Assembly: GCA_003707115.1 (NCBI GenBank)
Contig: PPNB01000009.1
Coordinates: forward strand, 62,001-126,000
Direction: 5' to 3'
From: Tortispora ganteri
Lineage: Eukaryota
Length of the DNA: 64,000 bases
Shown: piece by piece, positions 62,269 through 64,000 of the stretch
Position numbering within the stretch: position 1 is the stretch's first letter
Layout of the letters: the number at the start of each line of letters is the position of its first letter
Made by a program: the position numbers and the translations under genes
Notes under the pieces: model-generated
Told to the model about the DNA's origin: nothing
The model's input: the letters and a program-made list of their open reading frames with translations, nothing else
Databases searched by the model: none

Positions 62269-62680
62269 TTACGCAGTATATTTATGACTGTCTGTGTGTA
62301 TATAAGGTGACAGTAAAAAAAAGGAGTAGAAATCTGTATGACGAGAGAGATAAAGATTAACGTCGAACTTGTAATGTGCAATACCTAAAAAACGTAGAAA
62401 AGTAAAGTGTTGGTTTGGTGGTAGTTGATGTTATGGTTGCTATGCGGGAGAGAAAGCAGTTGATTTAACGAGACGGAAGACGAAACGCCCAACAAGGAGG
62501 GTGAGGGTTGAGTCACTCAAAAAGACGATCGTTGCTATGATAAGACTGATTATATCTTTAAGTGGTTAAGATTGAGTCAAAGCGGTGGGCTATTGAAGTC
62601 GCGGAGAGTGGGCAGTAGACTATTGGGTGGGGTTGATGAAAAGTAATTAGGCTGACGATCGAAGCAGTGACGGTATACGG

Positions 62681-62728
62681 GCGAGCTAGTATGCAAGCTA
62701 GTATGCAAGCTAGTATGCGAGCCAGTAC
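62681..62728. repeat. 12-bp tandem repeat x4 (GCRAGCTAGTAT)
   Basis: gcgagctagtat gcaagctagtat gcaagctagtat gcgagccagtac. Confidence 0.85.
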
Positions 62729-64000
62729 TGGACAAAGGTTATGGTGATGAACCTGCGCAATAGATCGACAATAGTAGAGCGATATCGATTTAATTGCGGG
62801 ATGATTTTTTTAGGTGATGATTTCGATTAAAGTGCGTTTTTGAAACGACCTTGACCCGACGGGCCTAAGGCAAGTAGAAAGTTAAACTGGAAAATTGAAA
62901 TTAAAAGCTAAATCTGACCTAAACTAAAATTGTCAGTTGAAAAGCAATTGAATCATTGAAATGTTGATTTCAGAATCAAAAAAGTGCAAAACCATCTGTT
63001 AATTGGATAAATAAATCCATATTATAAGCTTAGACTTTTCTTTTTTGTGCTTTTCAGTTCCATTTCAGATCAGACAGCTGCAGAGAGAGAGAGAGGCAAA
63101 TGCAAAGAAAAAAGCGTTTGTATCGGTACTGTAATTTTGCCATTCTATACTTTCACTTTACTTAGCTAATCGTTTAAAAAGGGTTCATAGACATATTCTA
63201 TTTTCATTGCTTATACTTTCTATAAGAACCTCGCACAAATGTACAAGTTCCAACGCATTTGCTGCTTATTTTGTTACTGGTTTGCGTACTTTTCACATCC
63301 GTTATCTCGATTCGTTCTGACATTACCGGACCTAGCCGTATGAGAACTCTAATTGTATTATCTAACCAATCGCGCTTTGTGTAGTGCATCTCTTGTCTGG
63401 TCGGCCATCGACAAACACTACCTGAGCACCTGCACTGTCTTCTGCTATCCCCCCGTTTCAGTTGTACTTGACAATATATGCTGTCCAATCACTATTAGGT
63501 CATTTATTTAGGTGCAAGCGCAGCGGCCGCGAACATATACTCAAATTGAACGATCTTATCTTTTGAAATTATCGGATTATCTCTATCCATTCCCGAGGCT
63601 GCAATATTTCCATAACCTTATTCCCTATTATGAATCAATCATGTGCAGGGTAACCTCGCTAGTTTCCTCTGTTACTGTTAGAATCACCTGCATCTACCGT
63701 CGAAAGCGATTAGCGCCACTCATTTATATTGCTAAATATCTGAATATTTCAATCATCTATTACACTCAAATATCCGATATATCTATGTCTCGACTAGTTG
63801 CATTTATCTTACCCGATACAATTATGCATCAATATTTCGAGAACTCTATTCTTCTATAATGTCTCGCATTTGAGAGTCGCAAGCTAATTCCCACCCTTAT
63901 TCTTTAGATATTATTGGTCACACAGAGACTCTCGCGAAACCTTCACTTAAATAAAACGTTCTCAATAAGCTTTAATTCCTGTTAAGTTGCCGTATTCGCA

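Noticed and set aside
63204..63859. ORFs of 94 and 115 aa at the right end
   Set aside because: No motifs, one lacks an ATG, and the composition fits a promoter or leader of a gene beyond the window.
1..64000. Transposons, LTRs, rRNA, CRISPR or bacterial-type operons
   Set aside because: No transposase/RT/integrase motifs, terminal repeats, rRNA signatures or spacer arrays were seen.

Overview
A gene-dense eukaryotic window from a compact budding-yeast (Saccharomycotina) genome, with about 45 protein-coding genes on both strands. CUG is read as Leu, judged from CTG codons at invariant Leu positions in ACC1 and STE12. Introns are rare and short (GTAAGT...TACTAAC...AG). Genes absent from S. 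cerevisiae are retained (group III histidine kinase NIK1, SNRNP40, PPIL4/Rct1, STK19), which points to an early-diverging lineage; this placement is inference. Content is mostly housekeeping: NHX1, RIM1, TACO1/DPC29, V-ATPase subunits f and G, STE12, AFG1-like, FPY1, RPS24, RNA15, INH1, ARX1, NIK1, QRI1, FLO8/SomA-like, BET3, EFM3, PET117, GGT, TIM23, SND2, IPK1, CCDC47, NudE, HSV2, dynein LIC, FMO, ACC1, MRP10, HIF1, DML1, NUP1. I found no tRNA, rRNA, transposon or CRISPR. Signals worth a second look: (1) an RFX X-box-like motif in about a dozen promoters of unrelated genes, suggesting RFX acts here as a general promoter factor; (2) an mS37/Mrp10 with both outer cysteines of its twin CX9C replaced by Ala; (3) an ACC1 biotin site reading VMKA instead of VMKM; (4) a PPIL4 with a decayed cyclophilin domain; (5) a BCL7-like orphan and a ubiquitin-like orphan; (6) a strand-biased GCAU cluster in the STE12 leader; (7) tandem genes only 26-41 bp apart; (8) a candidate structured ncRNA between ARX1 and NIK1. 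All protein family calls come from motif recognition by eye, not from database searches.
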